Shown: in pieces, positions 1-10,554 of the stretch
How positions within the stretch are numbered: position 1 is the first letter of the stretch
Layout: every line of letters begins with the position of its first letter
Assembly (NCBI GenBank): GCA_902505605.1
Contig: CABWKN010000093.1
Coordinates: 266-64,265, forward strand
From: Candidatus Guanabacterium sedimentis
GTDB lineage: Bacteria > Acidobacteriota > B3-B38 > Guanabaribacteriales > B3-B38
Length of the DNA stretch: 64,000 nucleotides
Reading direction: 5' to 3'
The notes under the pieces: model-generated
What the model saw: the letters and a program-made list of their open reading frames with translations, nothing else
Told to the model about the DNA's origin: nothing
Database searches by the model: none
Program-made: the position numbers and the translations under genes

Positions 1-1107
1 CTGTGGAAAAATTTCGGCGTTGAGAACACCAAATATAACATAACCATAGCCCAGAATAACAGTGAGATGTCCGATAAGCAGTTCAGAGCGCAATTGATGA
101 CCATTCTGGCAGAGGTTCAGCGGCTCTACTGGGAGCTGGTGTTCAGGATTCAAGACCTGGAGGTAAACCGACAGTCTCTAAAATTAGCCCAGGACCAACT
201 GGAGATGAACCGCACCCAGGTGGAAGTGGGCACCATGGCACCCATTGAGATAACTCAGGCAGAGGCAGCAGTAGCTTCGAGAGAAGAGTGGATAATTGTG
301 GGGGAGAGCGCGGTTAAGGATGCTCAGGACCAGTTGAAAATGGCCATTGACCCCACCATTGACCTTGATTCATGGGAGGTGGAAATCATACCCACCGACA
401 AACCCCCATTTGAGCTGCAGAGTTTCAACTTGCAAGAGTGTGTTGAGACCGCCTTCAAGAACCGTCCCGACTACGATAGGCAAAAGATAGCCATCAGTAG
501 TAAGGAACTGAACATCAAGTATACTAAGAACCAGATGCGCCCGGCTGTTGATCTGGTAGCCTCTTTTGCTGCGAATGGATTGGATGGGTTATTTCTAATT
601 TATGATCGCCGCTCTCTTGAAGGAGGAGAGCCTATTGGTTATATTGAAGGGGGATTAGGTGGTGCGATGAAGGATGTTTTTAGCCTTGACTATCGCGATT
701 GGAACATCGGCTTCAATATCACCCTTCCCATCCAGAATCGGGCGGCTGAGAGCGCGCATGCCCGTTCGAAAGTAGAGCTGACTCAGGAGGAGGCACGTCT
801 CAAAAATCTGGAGCTGAGCATCATTCTGGAGGTTCGCCAGGCGGTCAGGGCAGTGGACACTAATATAAAACGGGTAGAAGCAACCCGCAAGGCGAGAGAG
901 CTGGCAGAGAAACAGCTGGAGGCTGAGCAGAAGAAGTTTGCCGTGGGAACCTCCACCAACTTTCAAGTTTTGAGATTACAGACCGATTTAGCAACGGCGA
1001 TGAGCAATGAGAGGAGGGCGATTGTCGATTACAATATCTCGCTCTTTGCTCTTAAAAGGGTGATGGGCACACTCCTCAAGGATAACAACATTGTGGTGAA
1101 GGATTAA
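1..1107 (+). CDS. TolC-family outer membrane efflux protein (5'-truncated by the window edge)
   Basis: Frame is open from base 1; two helical OEP-like repeats (QVEVGTMAPIEITQAEA; KKFAVGTSTNFQVLRLQTDL) and a beta-strand WNIGFNITLPI. Confidence 0.85.
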   Translation: MWKNFGVENTKYNITIAQNNSEMSDKQFRAQLMTILAEVQRLYWELVFRIQDLEVNRQSLKLAQDQLEMNRTQVEVGTMAPIEITQAEAAVASREEWIIVGESAVKDAQDQLKMAIDPTIDLDSWEVEIIPTDKPPFELQSFNLQECVETAFKNRPDYDRQKIAISSKELNIKYTKNQMRPAVDLVASFAANGLDGLFLIYDRRSLEGGEPIGYIEGGLGGAMKDVFSLDYRDWNIGFNITLPIQNRAAESAHARSKVELTQEEARLKNLELSIILEVRQAVRAVDTNIKRVEATRKARELAEKQLEAEQKKFAVGTSTNFQVLRLQTDLATAMSNERRAIVDYNISLFALKRVMGTLLKDNNIVVKD

Positions 1108-1157
1108 GACTCCATTTTACCTTCACTATCTATGAAAAGATGGGGATTAACTAACTG

Positions 1158-2147
1158 TTACGCCTTGCTGAGCTTCTGGAGGGCTTCGGTAAGGCAGGGC
1201 AACACTTTGAACAGGTCGCCCACAATTCCGAAATCTGCCGCCTTGAAGATGGGGGCTTCGGGGTCTTTATTAATGGCTATAATAAATTTTGAGGAAGACA
1301 TTCCCGCCAGGTGCTGAATAGCACCGGATATTCCACAGGCAATATAGAGCTGAGGGGAGACCACCTTTCCCGTCTGTCCCACCTGAATTTGATGGTCCAC
1401 CCAACCGGCATCAACCGCCGCCCGTGACGCACCCACTGCCCCCTGAAGAGTTGATGCTAAGGCTTCCAGAAGCTCGAAGCTCTCGCCACTCTTCATGCCT
1501 CTCCCGCCTGAAACGATGACAATGGCTTCTGTGAGGTCGGGGACCTCCTGTTCAGGTTTTATTAGATCAACGACCTTTGCCCTGATATTTTCGGGTTTCA
1601 ACTCCACAGAGAGCTCTATGACTTCCCCTTGGGGGGGCTCTTTCAACTCCTCGGCGCTGAAGACATTGGGTCGCAAGGTTGCCATTTGAGGTGTTGAGGT
1701 GAGTTGAACCAGTGCAAAGGCTTTTCCGCTGTAGACTGGGCGTTGGCATTCCAACCGCTTCTCTTCGTTCAACCGCAAAACGGTGCAATCGCTGGCTAAA
1801 CCCACCTTCAACCTTGCTGCCAGGCGGGGGGCAATATCCCTGCCCATGGCGGTAGCCGGGAAAAGAACAATAGCGGGGTCCCTCTCTGTTATTAGTTTAT
1901 AACTGATTTCGCTGTATCCTTCGGAAGAGTATTGCTCCAGCATAGAGTGGTCAGCAAGGTAGACTTTATGGGCACCGTAGGGGAATAGCTTGGGTGGCAG
2001 ATGTTTTATGGAGGACCCTATAAGGAGAACACTCAGCTCCTCCCCCAACTGGTTGGCTATACGGCAGCCTTCGGAGGTGGCTTCAAGCGAAGCTTTCTTT
2101 ACTATCCCTTCCCTCTGTTCGGCAAAAACCAAAACTCCTTGAGGCAT
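1158..2147 (-). CDS. etfA: Electron transfer flavoprotein subunit alpha
   Basis: IVSGGRG, GASRAAVDAGW, QVGQTGK, ACGISGAIQHLAGM, AINKDPEAPIF FAD-binding motifs; ATG at 2147 preferred over the TTG at 2171. Confidence 0.96.
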   Translation of the reverse strand: MPQGVLVFAEQREGIVKKASLEATSEGCRIANQLGEELSVLLIGSSIKHLPPKLFPYGAHKVYLADHSMLEQYSSEGYSEISYKLITERDPAIVLFPATAMGRDIAPRLAARLKVGLASDCTVLRLNEEKRLECQRPVYSGKAFALVQLTSTPQMATLRPNVFSAEELKEPPQGEVIELSVELKPENIRAKVVDLIKPEQEVPDLTEAIVIVSGGRGMKSGESFELLEALASTLQGAVGASRAAVDAGWVDHQIQVGQTGKVVSPQLYIACGISGAIQHLAGMSSSKFIIAINKDPEAPIFKAADFGIVGDLFKVLPCLTEALQKLSKA

Positions 2148-2216
2148 TTCCTTCTCAATCCTCCTTTTCAAGTAAGTGTTTTCTCTGAATTGTGTTATAG
2201 CTTATTGTGTCAGCTA

Positions 2217-3308
2217 TTAGACCATCTGAGCCTTTATTTCCTCCAACTCCGGCACACCTTCGGCTTTAAGCTCTATCTGGGAGAGCTCTTTTGCTCCCAG
2301 CCCCAGCTCAACCGCCCGTTTTATCTGAACCTGCTCCCATACGCTTTTCTGCTGAATGCGCTCCTCGGTGCCATATTTCTTTAAGACTGCTAAGCCTGTA
2401 ACATCGTTGGCAATACGGTCTCGGGAGGCGACAATAAGGTTAGGCTCAACCTCATCCCCTCGGGATGGTCCGCCGGAAATGAAGGCTTGTGTCCCATCCA
2501 TCACTATCAACGAGGGATTTACTGCTAGCCCTGTTCCCACAATCATTCTGGCGAAGATGGAATAGGTGTCGGGGAGGTCTTTTGGTGGCTCCTTCCCCTC
2601 GGCTCGGGCGCGAGCGATGGCTCGATAGCTGGTGTGTTTACCGTGCATGAGACAACGGTCGTTTAAGTGGATAAGCCCGATAAAGATTCTAAGAGACATG
2701 GTGAAATAGGCTATGGCGTGTGTTTTAATAACCGGGATAGCGATTATTTTATCCACTTTGCTGAGGAGCGCTGGGATGTGGAAGCCGTGGTTTTCCTGCC
2801 AGTGGTCAGCCGCTGGTGGATTGGTCAATAGCCATTCATCATAATCAAAGCTCATTACCTCTGCTTTGGCTTCTTTGGCGGCATCGTAGATACCCAGTCT
2901 CTTCATGGCATCCATAGTGTCATAGGGGACTCCCATGCTGGAGCGGTCAGTTACAATCACCCCGGCGGGGTCTTGCTCCCAGACCATTTTCACCACTTCG
3001 TGGACCACTTCGGGGTTGGTAGTGCCGGGGTAGGCGTCGGCGGTATTCACATTCGGCTTTACCAGAACAGTATCCCCCGCCTTGATGAACCCCATACCCC
3101 CGGAAAGGGCTACCGCTCGCTGAACGGATTCCTTAATGCTTTCCCCTCTGGCTAAGCCGACCACCGATTTAGACAGGGTCTTCTCTTGAAGGTGGATATT
3201 ATAAAGAGGATATAGACCGATGCCCAGGGTAATGCCCCCAGCTCCTTGCAAAAATTCTCTCCTGGTGAATCTTTTGTATGCCCGAGGGAATAAGTTTCTT
3301 CTCTTCAT
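2217..3308 (-). CDS. DUF362-family protein with predicted Tat signal peptide
   Basis: GDTVLVKPN, TNPEVV, PVIKTH, IVMDG and ASRDRIAND segments typical of DUF362; N-terminal TRREFLQGAGG plus a hydrophobic stretch. Confidence 0.78.
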   Translation of the reverse strand: MKRRNLFPRAYKRFTRREFLQGAGGITLGIGLYPLYNIHLQEKTLSKSVVGLARGESIKESVQRAVALSGGMGFIKAGDTVLVKPNVNTADAYPGTTNPEVVHEVVKMVWEQDPAGVIVTDRSSMGVPYDTMDAMKRLGIYDAAKEAKAEVMSFDYDEWLLTNPPAADHWQENHGFHIPALLSKVDKIIAIPVIKTHAIAYFTMSLRIFIGLIHLNDRCLMHGKHTSYRAIARARAEGKEPPKDLPDTYSIFARMIVGTGLAVNPSLIVMDGTQAFISGGPSRGDEVEPNLIVASRDRIANDVTGLAVLKKYGTEERIQQKSVWEQVQIKRAVELGLGAKELSQIELKAEGVPELEEIKAQMV

Positions 3309-3344
3309 TTGCCTGGCATCCTTTTAGGATAGAAGGTTTATTGT

Positions 3345-4133
3345 TTATAAAATCCCTGTTTCCCTCTGGAGCCATTCGATAAGCTGTTTTACCGTTTCGG
3401 ATGGCTCTCCTTCTACCACAGTTCCCTTGGGTCGCATAGGAGGCAGTTCCAGCTTAATGATGGGGGCTTTCCCTTTGAGCTTATTCACCTCCTCTTCACT
3501 CACACCCAGCTGTTGGCAATCGAGCACTGTCAGCGGCTTTTTTTTGGCCATCATAATTCCCTTCAGAGAGGGGTAGCGGGGTTCGTTCAACCCTTTCTGG
3601 GTAGTAAACAAGGCTGGCAGAGGAGTCTCTATCACTTCCGATACTCCTTCAATCTCGCGGTGAGCTACTGCTTTATCTGGAGAGATTTGGAGCTTGGTTA
3701 CCACACCTACATGAGGAATGCCCAACAACTCTGCCAGAATGGGACCTACCTGATAATGGTCGGTTCCTACCCCTTGAACTCCGCAGAGGATGAGGTGGTA
3801 ACCTTCCTGCTGGATAGCCTTACTTAAAAGGGTGGCAACCAGCAACGGGTCGTTCTCATCGATCAGGGGGTCATTTATATGGATAGCTCTGTCTGCCCCC
3901 ATTGCCAGGCCGCTCCTCAGGGCGGTAGATGCCCGTTCTGGACCTACTGAGATGAGGATCACTTCCCCCTCTCCCAGTGACTCTTTGGTGCGCAGCCCCT
4001 CTTCTATAGCATACTCCTCGTAGGGATTTATGATATAGTTTATTTCTGCATCATCTATAGCTCTTCCATGGGGAGCTATTTTGATTTTGGCTTCGGTATC
4101 GGGGACTTGCTTTATGCAGACAATGACCTTCAT
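3345..4133 (-). CDS. etfB: Electron transfer flavoprotein subunit beta
   Basis: MKVIVCIKQVPDT, INPYEEYAIEE, LAMGADRAIHI, LNEPRYPSLKGIMMAKKK. Confidence 0.96.
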   Translation of the reverse strand: MKVIVCIKQVPDTEAKIKIAPHGRAIDDAEINYIINPYEEYAIEEGLRTKESLGEGEVILISVGPERASTALRSGLAMGADRAIHINDPLIDENDPLLVATLLSKAIQQEGYHLILCGVQGVGTDHYQVGPILAELLGIPHVGVVTKLQISPDKAVAHREIEGVSEVIETPLPALFTTQKGLNEPRYPSLKGIMMAKKKPLTVLDCQQLGVSEEEVNKLKGKAPIIKLELPPMRPKGTVVEGEPSETVKQLIEWLQRETGIL

Positions 4134-4220
4134 CTAAGTCCTCCTGTGGTCATAAATGCGGCTCAATCAGAGCAAAAAGGCAATTAATTAGGAACATTTA
4201 TATTTTAAATATTGTGATGC

Positions 4221-5462
4221 CTACTGTTCAAATTTTTTAAATACTAACGAGGCGTTAGTCCCTCCAAATCCAAAAGAGTTGGACAATACATAGTTGATGG
4301 CGGCTTTCCGGGCTTTGTTGGGAACAAAGTCGAGGTCGCATTCAGGGTCCGGAGTTTCATAATTAATGGTGGGGGGGATAATCTGATCGCGGATAGTTAG
4401 TATGCTTACTGAAGCCTCTACCCCTCCCGCTGCTCCCAACAGATGTCCGATCATCGATTTAGTGGAACTTATCGCTAACTTTCGGGCATGCTCCCCAAAT
4501 ACCTTTTTAATGGCCAAGGTTTCCACCACATCCCCCGCCGGAGTGGCTGTGCCGTGGGCGTTAATATAATCTATATAAGAAGGTTGGATGCGGGCATCGT
4601 GTAAGGCGTTTTGCATCACTCGAATAGGTCCATCACCATCCTCGCTGGGTGCGGAGATATGGAAAGCATCGCCCGACATGCCGTAGCCCAACAATTCAGC
4701 GTATATGTTCGCGCCCCGGTCTTGAGCATGCTCCAGGGACTCGAGAATTAGGATACCTGCCCCTTCGCCTACTACAAATCCGTCACGGTTTTTATCAAAA
4801 GGTCGGCTTGCTTTTTCAGGCTGGTCGTTGCGAGTGGAAATAGCCCTCATGGCGCAGAAACCTCCAATGGCGAGAGGCGTGATGACGCTCTCGGTCCCAC
4901 CGGAGATCATAGCATCGGCTTCGCCGCGGGCAATTATCCTGAAGGAGTCGCCAATAGCGTGGCTACCGGTAGAGCACGCGGTGCACACAGCAGAGTTAGG
5001 ACCCTTTGCCCCATAGCGGATGGATACTTGCCCCGAGGCGAGATTGACAATGAGCCCCGGAATAAAGAAGGGGGAGATCCTTCGGGGACCGCTCTCCAGG
5101 AGTATCTTGTGCTGCCGCTCAATAAAGGGAAGCCCCCCTATTCCCGAGCCTATAAAAACTCCCACCCGGGGAGCATTGAGATGGTTTATTTTCAATCCGG
5201 AGTCTTCCAGAGCCATATCGGTAGCTCCCAGGGCATAGTGGATGAAGGTATCCATTTTGCGAAGGTCCTTCTGCTCTGTCCATTGGAGGGGGTCAAATCC
5301 TTTTACCTCAGCGGCAATGCGGGTGGGGTACTCAGAGGCGTCGAAGCGGGTTATCGGTCCCACTCCGCTCTTTCCCTGGCAAATGGCGCTCCAGCTCCCT
5401 TCAGTGCCGATTCCTACAGGTGTTATAAGCCCTATACCAGTTACAACAACTCTCCTTTCCAA
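4221..5462 (-). CDS. fabF: 3-oxoacyl-ACP synthase II
   Basis: TACSTG (Cys), [30 protein letters not shown]; lies in the fab operon. Confidence 0.97.
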   Translation of the reverse strand: MERRVVVTGIGLITPVGIGTEGSWSAICQGKSGVGPITRFDASEYPTRIAAEVKGFDPLQWTEQKDLRKMDTFIHYALGATDMALEDSGLKINHLNAPRVGVFIGSGIGGLPFIERQHKILLESGPRRISPFFIPGLIVNLASGQVSIRYGAKGPNSAVCTACSTGSHAIGDSFRIIARGEADAMISGGTESVITPLAIGGFCAMRAISTRNDQPEKASRPFDKNRDGFVVGEGAGILILESLEHAQDRGANIYAELLGYGMSGDAFHISAPSEDGDGPIRVMQNALHDARIQPSYIDYINAHGTATPAGDVVETLAIKKVFGEHARKLAISSTKSMIGHLLGAAGGVEASVSILTIRDQIIPPTINYETPDPECDLDFVPNKARKAAINYVLSNSFGFGGTNASLVFKKFEQ

Positions 5463-5574
5463 AATTAAGCTCCTCTGTCTTTATTCAGGTTTGAAGCTTT
5501 TTCATCTCCCTGGCGAAGCTTTCCATCCTCGCTTGTTTATTGAGATAAAAATGGAGTATATAGCCATTCGAGAG

Positions 5575-5814
5575 CTACTGCTCTTTGGCCTGGGCTTTGA
5601 GATAGTCAATGGCGTCCTTTACCCGAATGATTTTTTCGGCATCTTCGTCAGGAATATCGATCTTGAAAGCATCCTCAAAAGCCATTACCAGCTCGACTGT
5701 ATCCAGAGAATCCGCCCCTAAGTCATCGATAAATGAAGCTTCCGGGGTTATCTCGCCTTCGTCTACTCCTAATTGATTGATTATAATGGTTTTAACTTTT
5801 TCTTCTATGGACAT
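5575..5814 (-). CDS. acpP: Acyl carrier protein
   Basis: [14 protein letters not shown] phosphopantetheine site; 79 aa, acidic. Confidence 0.98.
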   Translation of the reverse strand: MSIEEKVKTIIINQLGVDEGEITPEASFIDDLGADSLDTVELVMAFEDAFKIDIPDEDAEKIIRVKDAIDYLKAQAKEQ

Positions 5815-5901
5815 GCCTTATTACCTCCCTTGACTTGTAATACTAACTTTTTTGAACTATAAATTGTTAAAAAGCTTATTTCTTGCCTTAAGCTTCAGAG
5901 T

Positions 5902-6642
5902 TTACATATACATACCGCCATTAATATTGAGGACCTGCCCGGTGATATATTCCGCATCATCCGAGACGAGGAAGGCCGTCCCTTTGGCTATATCCTGGGG
6001 CAGGCCCAGGCGCGGGATAGGTATCTGGTTGAGGAAGCCCTTTTTGACTTCATTGGGGAGCCTTTGAGTCATAGGGGTATCTATGTATCCTGGGGCGATG
6101 ACATTGACCGTTATCCCGCGGGAGGCGATCTCCCGGGCGATACTTTTGGAAAAGCCGATTATTGCCGCTTTGGAGGCGGCGTAGTTGGACTGTCCGGCAT
6201 TGCCCATAAGTCCTACTACCGAGGCGATATTCACTATACGCCCAAATCTCTGTTTGAGCATCCAGCGGAGCACAGCCTGGGTGCAGTTGAAAACCCCGGT
6301 GAGGTTAATGCTTAACACCTTATCCCAGTCCTCTCGTTTCATTCGTATGAGCAGGGAATCGCGCGTGATGCCGGCATTATTAACCAAAATGTCTATTTTG
6401 CTAAAATCCTCAGCGATCTGATTTACTGTCTGGTGGACTTCATCAGTATCAGAGACATCCATATGGTAAGCTTTAGCTTTTCTTTTTAAGGCCTCAATCT
6501 CTCTGGCTGTCTCCTCGGCTTTGTCAAAGAGTATGTCGGCTACCGCTATATCAGAACCCGCTCGGGCTAATTCGAGGGCGATTTCTTTGCCTATCCCCTG
6601 AGCAGCTCCTGTTATCAGGGAAATCCTCCCTTCCAAGGTCAT
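5902..6642 (-). CDS. fabG: 3-oxoacyl-ACP reductase
   Basis: TGAAQGIG, NNAGITRD, YAASK SDR motifs; between fabD and acpP. Confidence 0.97.
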   Translation of the reverse strand: MTLEGRISLITGAAQGIGKEIALELARAGSDIAVADILFDKAEETAREIEALKRKAKAYHMDVSDTDEVHQTVNQIAEDFSKIDILVNNAGITRDSLLIRMKREDWDKVLSINLTGVFNCTQAVLRWMLKQRFGRIVNIASVVGLMGNAGQSNYAASKAAIIGFSKSIAREIASRGITVNVIAPGYIDTPMTQRLPNEVKKGFLNQIPIPRLGLPQDIAKGTAFLVSDDAEYITGQVLNINGGMYM

Positions 6643-6654
6643 CAATTCCTCCCT

Positions 6655-7602
6655 TTATTTATTTGAGGTGTCATAGTAGTTTAAAAAGCTATTTAGGGTC
6701 GCTTTATCTTCTATATTAAAGGTTTTAATTCCTTTGTCAATTCTTTTAATAAGATTTGATAAAACTCTGCCAGGTCCTACTTCAACAAAGATGGACACTC
6801 CCTGAGTGATAAGATGTCGCATAGAATCCTCCCATCTGACAGGGGAGGTAACCTGTCGGATAAGGGAGTCCATAGCCTCTTGCGGGGTATGAATGATTTT
6901 GGCATCAACATTGGTGACTAAGGGAATCAGCAGCGGATGGAATATAGTTTTGTCAATATCCACCTGCAGCCTTTCCTGAGCTGGTAGCATCAGCTTTGAA
7001 TGGAAGGGAGCACTTACCGGCAGAAGGGTGGCTCTTTTAGCCCCTTCTTGTAAGGCAAGCTCCATGGCTTTATCAATCCCTTCTCTGGTGCCTGAGATGA
7101 CTATCTGAATAGGGGAGTTATAATTGGCTGGCTGCACTCTCTCTCCTACCTGCTGGCATATTTTCTCTACTTTGGACCGTTCCAAGGCTATAATGGCAGC
7201 CATGGCGCCCTCGCCCACAGGGACTGCTTCCTGCATATATTGACCGCGTTTCCGCACCAGGCTCACTGCGTGCTCAAAGCTCAGAGATTCGGCAGCAACC
7301 AGCGCTGAATACTCTCCCAGGCTATGCCCGGCAACATAATCGGGCTTCACTCCTGAATCTCTCAGGAGGGTCCAGGCAGCAATGCTGGTGGTCAGGATGG
7401 CGGGCTGTGTGTTGGTGGTAATTTGCACTTCCTTGTCTGTTCCTTCAAAGCACAAACTGCTAAGGGGGAATCCCAGAGTCTGGTCGGCTTTTTCGTAGAT
7501 TGCTCGACTCTCCTTATAGCTATTAAAGAAATCCTTACCCATTCCCACATACTGGGATGCTTGGCCTGGGAATATAAAGGCAATTTTTTCTGTTTTTCCC
7601 AC
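6655..7602 (-). CDS. fabD: Malonyl-CoA:ACP transacylase
   Basis: FPGQASQ, TQPAI, GHSLGEY, VSAPFHS. Confidence 0.97.
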   Translation of the reverse strand: MGKTEKIAFIFPGQASQYVGMGKDFFNSYKESRAIYEKADQTLGFPLSSLCFEGTDKEVQITTNTQPAILTTSIAAWTLLRDSGVKPDYVAGHSLGEYSALVAAESLSFEHAVSLVRKRGQYMQEAVPVGEGAMAAIIALERSKVEKICQQVGERVQPANYNSPIQIVISGTREGIDKAMELALQEGAKRATLLPVSAPFHSKLMLPAQERLQVDIDKTIFHPLLIPLVTNVDAKIIHTPQEAMDSLIRQVTSPVRWEDSMRHLITQGVSIFVEVGPGRVLSNLIKRIDKGIKTFNIEDKATLNSFLNYYDTSNK

Positions 7603-7618
7603 TTCAGAGCCTGTTTTT

Positions 7619-8605
7619 TTACATTCTAACCAGAGCTGAACCCCAGCTCACCCCAGCGCCAAAAGCCGACATCAATATCAGGGTCCCTTTAGGGAGTCTT
7701 CCTTTCTCCTTCAATTCATGTAGGGCAATTGGGATGGACCCTGAGGAGGTATTGCCAATTCTATCGATATTAGAGTATATCTTCTCGCGGGATACGCTAA
7801 TGCGTTCGGCAACGGCATTGGTTATTCTCTGGTTTGCCTGATGGGGTATAAAGATATCCACTTCTTCCGGTTTTACACTGGCTTTAAGTAGAACCTCTTC
7901 GGATACCTTCGACATATAACGGATGGCGGCCTTGAAGAGTTCGTTTCCCATCATCTTTACGAAATGAAGCCTCTTAGACACGGTCTCCTGGGAGGTGGGA
8001 AGCTCGGAGCCACCTGCCGGGATGGTGAGGAATTCAGCGTATTCTCCCTGGTTATGAATACTTGTAGCCAGTATTCCGGCTGGTTCTTCCACTTCCCCCA
8101 GCACAACAGCTCCCGCACCGTCGGCGAAAAGGACACAGGTGGCTCTATCGGTCCAGTCTGTGACGCGACTTAGCACTTCCCCACCTGCAATAAGGATATG
8201 TTTGTATTCTCCATTAGCGATAAACTGTCTGGCAACTGTCAGGGCGAAGATGAACCCTGAGCAGCCGGCGGTAAGGTCGAAGGCAGCAGCCTTTTCAGCT
8301 CCTAAAATGTGCTGGACATAACAGGAAGAGGAGGGGAGGGGACGGTCGGGGGTTACGGTGGCGCAGATAATGAGGTCGAGCTGCGAAGGGCTGATTCCTG
8401 CCTCTTCAAGCGCCAGGCGAGAGGCTTCGATGGCAAAGGTGGAGAAGGACTCATTTTCCCCCGCAATCCTTCTTTCCCGGATACCGGTGCGGGTGCGGAT
8501 CCACTCGTCGCTGGTATCCACCATTTTTTCCAAGTCGAAGTTGGTAAGGACTTTATCTGGTACAGATGCGCCAATACCCAGAATGCCTGCTCTTTTAACT
8601 TGCAT
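7619..8605 (-). CDS. fabH: 3-oxoacyl-ACP synthase III
   Basis: DTSDEWIRTRTGI, AGCSGF, PHQAN, GNTSS catalytic Cys-His-Asn. Confidence 0.97.
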   Translation of the reverse strand: MQVKRAGILGIGASVPDKVLTNFDLEKMVDTSDEWIRTRTGIRERRIAGENESFSTFAIEASRLALEEAGISPSQLDLIICATVTPDRPLPSSSCYVQHILGAEKAAAFDLTAGCSGFIFALTVARQFIANGEYKHILIAGGEVLSRVTDWTDRATCVLFADGAGAVVLGEVEEPAGILATSIHNQGEYAEFLTIPAGGSELPTSQETVSKRLHFVKMMGNELFKAAIRYMSKVSEEVLLKASVKPEEVDIFIPHQANQRITNAVAERISVSREKIYSNIDRIGNTSSGSIPIALHELKEKGRLPKGTLILMSAFGAGVSWGSALVRM

Positions 8606-8619
8606 TTCCTTGCCTAAAC

Positions 8620-9630
8620 TTAATGTAGCTCTTTATTTATGGTTAAGCTGAGAATTTGTTCCTTAATGCGCTGATTAACCCGATTCTGATAGAAATCAGT
8701 TGCAATTTTGATGGCGTTTTTTAGCGCCTTGGGGGAGGACCTTCCATGGCAGATAATGCAGGTTTCCTTGGTCCCCAGTAGAGGAGCCCCTGCATATTCG
8801 GAATAATCGGTTAGCTTCTGAAAACGAATAAAGACCTGCCGATGCATCTGAGAGGCTAATTTAGAGACGAAATTCTTATCCAGCTCTTCTTTCAATATGG
8901 TTTGCATGGTAGCGGCTATGCTCTCGCTCACCTTCAGGGTGATGTTTCCTATAAACCCATCACATACGATGACATCGACTTTGCCCGAGAATACATCTGT
9001 CCCCTCGATGTTGCCATAAAAACTTAAGGGAGAGTTTTTCAGCATCTGGTAAGCTTCTCTGGTAACCTCGTTTCCTTTGGACTCTTCTTCCCCGATGCTC
9101 AGCAGTCCGATTTTCGGTTCAGGTATATTGAGAATCGCTTTGGCATATATGTATCCCATGATGCCGAAGTGAGTCAGGTGATGAGGCCTGCAATCAACAT
9201 TAGCTCCCACATCCAGCAGTACAGCGTATCCTTTAGGAGTGGGGATAACCATGGCTAAAGCAGGCCGGTCCACACCCTGAAGGCATCCGATGACAAATTT
9301 AGCCGCCGCCATGGTGGCTCCTGTGTTGCCGGCACTAACAATCCCCTGGGCTCTGCCCTCCTTGACTAAAGAGCAGGCTATCATAATAGAAGAGCTCTTC
9401 TTGCGCAATACGGAGGAGGCTTTGCTGCTCATGTCTATTACATCGTCTGCGTTGATAATCTCAATTGGGAGGTTCTGGGAAGCCTTTAGCCGATGGAGCT
9501 CTTTTTTAATCTCCTCCTGCCTGCCGACAAGAGCAACATTTATATCGAATTCCCTGACCGCTTTAACAGCCCCTTCCACAGGATTCCTTGGGGCGAAATC
9601 TCCTCCCATGGCATCCACAGCAATCTTCAT
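8620..9630 (-). CDS. plsX: Phosphate acyltransferase PlsX
   Basis: IAVDAMGGDFAP, SAGNTGA, LDVGAN, CDGFIGN, HGRS. Confidence 0.97.
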   Translation of the reverse strand: MKIAVDAMGGDFAPRNPVEGAVKAVREFDINVALVGRQEEIKKELHRLKASQNLPIEIINADDVIDMSSKASSVLRKKSSSIMIACSLVKEGRAQGIVSAGNTGATMAAAKFVIGCLQGVDRPALAMVIPTPKGYAVLLDVGANVDCRPHHLTHFGIMGYIYAKAILNIPEPKIGLLSIGEEESKGNEVTREAYQMLKNSPLSFYGNIEGTDVFSGKVDVIVCDGFIGNITLKVSESIAATMQTILKEELDKNFVSKLASQMHRQVFIRFQKLTDYSEYAGAPLLGTKETCIICHGRSSPKALKNAIKIATDFYQNRVNQRIKEQILSLTINKELH

Positions 9631-9736
9631 TTTCCATTCTCCCGGTGAGCCGCTATAGTGCCTTTTGCTAAACCCCTTCCCATGTAGTTACTTCAGTTGA
9701 ACTGGTTTAAGACTGCCATAGCTGACAGATATATCC

Positions 9737-9919
9737 TTATTCCCCTTTCACCTCTATTGCTTCCACCCCTTTATAGTAGCCACAATGGGGACATACTCGA
9801 TGGGGAGGTTTCATTTCGTGACACTGGGGACATGTGGCTAAAGAAGGAGATGTCAGCGATAGATGAGATCTTCTTTTATCTCTTCTGGATTTCGAGTGTT
9901 TTCTTTTTGGATTTGCCAT
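9737..9919 (-). CDS. rpmF: 50S ribosomal protein L32 (zinc-ribbon form)
   Basis: MANPKRKHSKSRRDKRRSH; CPQC...HRVCPHCGYY. Confidence 0.98.
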   Translation of the reverse strand: MANPKRKHSKSRRDKRRSHLSLTSPSLATCPQCHEMKPPHRVCPHCGYYKGVEAIEVKGE

Positions 9920-9928
9920 AGTTTAAAG

Positions 9929-10459
9929 CTACTTCTGTTGATTAAGCAGTTCTTTAATCTGCTTTAATTTTTCTAAGCGAGGGTCTATGGAGACCGCTTT
10001 GCAGTTGCAAGAGCTGACATTCAAATTGGTGCCGCAGGAAGGGCAAAGACCTTTGCACTCCTGCGAGCAGATAGGCTTCATAGGAAGTGCAAGGAGGATT
10101 TGCTCTTGCAGCAGCTCAGACAGCTCAATTTTGTTTTCGCTATAATAGGCAATATTGGCATCTTTGTCTTTCATCTCTAATTCAACCTCCGAAGGCATCT
10201 GTTCGATGGGAACATAAAGGAGGTCGAAATCGGAGGAAAGGTCGAAGGGGTAACTTTCTAAGCATCGGCTACACTGGAGCATGAGCTTTAATTCGATGGA
10301 GCCGGTGATTCTGTATTTGATACCAATAGGTGTTACATTCAGCTCCACAAAGCAAGGGTTAATAATTTCGACTTCTTCTATTGAGGGAGGCAAGGTGAGG
10401 TTGACTTTCCTGCTGATATGTAACCCATGAGGAGTTACTTCCTTTAAATCTATATGCAT
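9929..10459 (-). CDS. yceD: YceD/DUF177-family protein
   Basis: CSRCL...LALPMKPICSQECKGLCPSCGTNLN...DPRL; directly upstream of rpmF. Confidence 0.93.
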   Translation of the reverse strand: MHIDLKEVTPHGLHISRKVNLTLPPSIEEVEIINPCFVELNVTPIGIKYRITGSIELKLMLQCSRCLESYPFDLSSDFDLLYVPIEQMPSEVELEMKDKDANIAYYSENKIELSELLQEQILLALPMKPICSQECKGLCPSCGTNLNVSSCNCKAVSIDPRLEKLKQIKELLNQQK

Positions 10460-10489
10460 AGAGTATTAGCCTTCCTTTTAAAAAAAGTT

Positions 10490-10517
10490 ATTATACCATT
10501 CTCTAAAGTTTTGTCAA
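10490..10517 (-). promoter_or_regulatory. Sigma70-type promoter of the yceD-rpmF-plsX-fab operon
   Basis: Minus strand reads TTGACA-N16-TATAAT with TG two bases before the -10 (TGGTATAAT), about 30 nt upstream of yceD. Confidence 0.85.
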
Positions 10518-10554
10518 CAATGTTTTTCAGTTCTTTTAGCAGCCTCGCTGAGGG

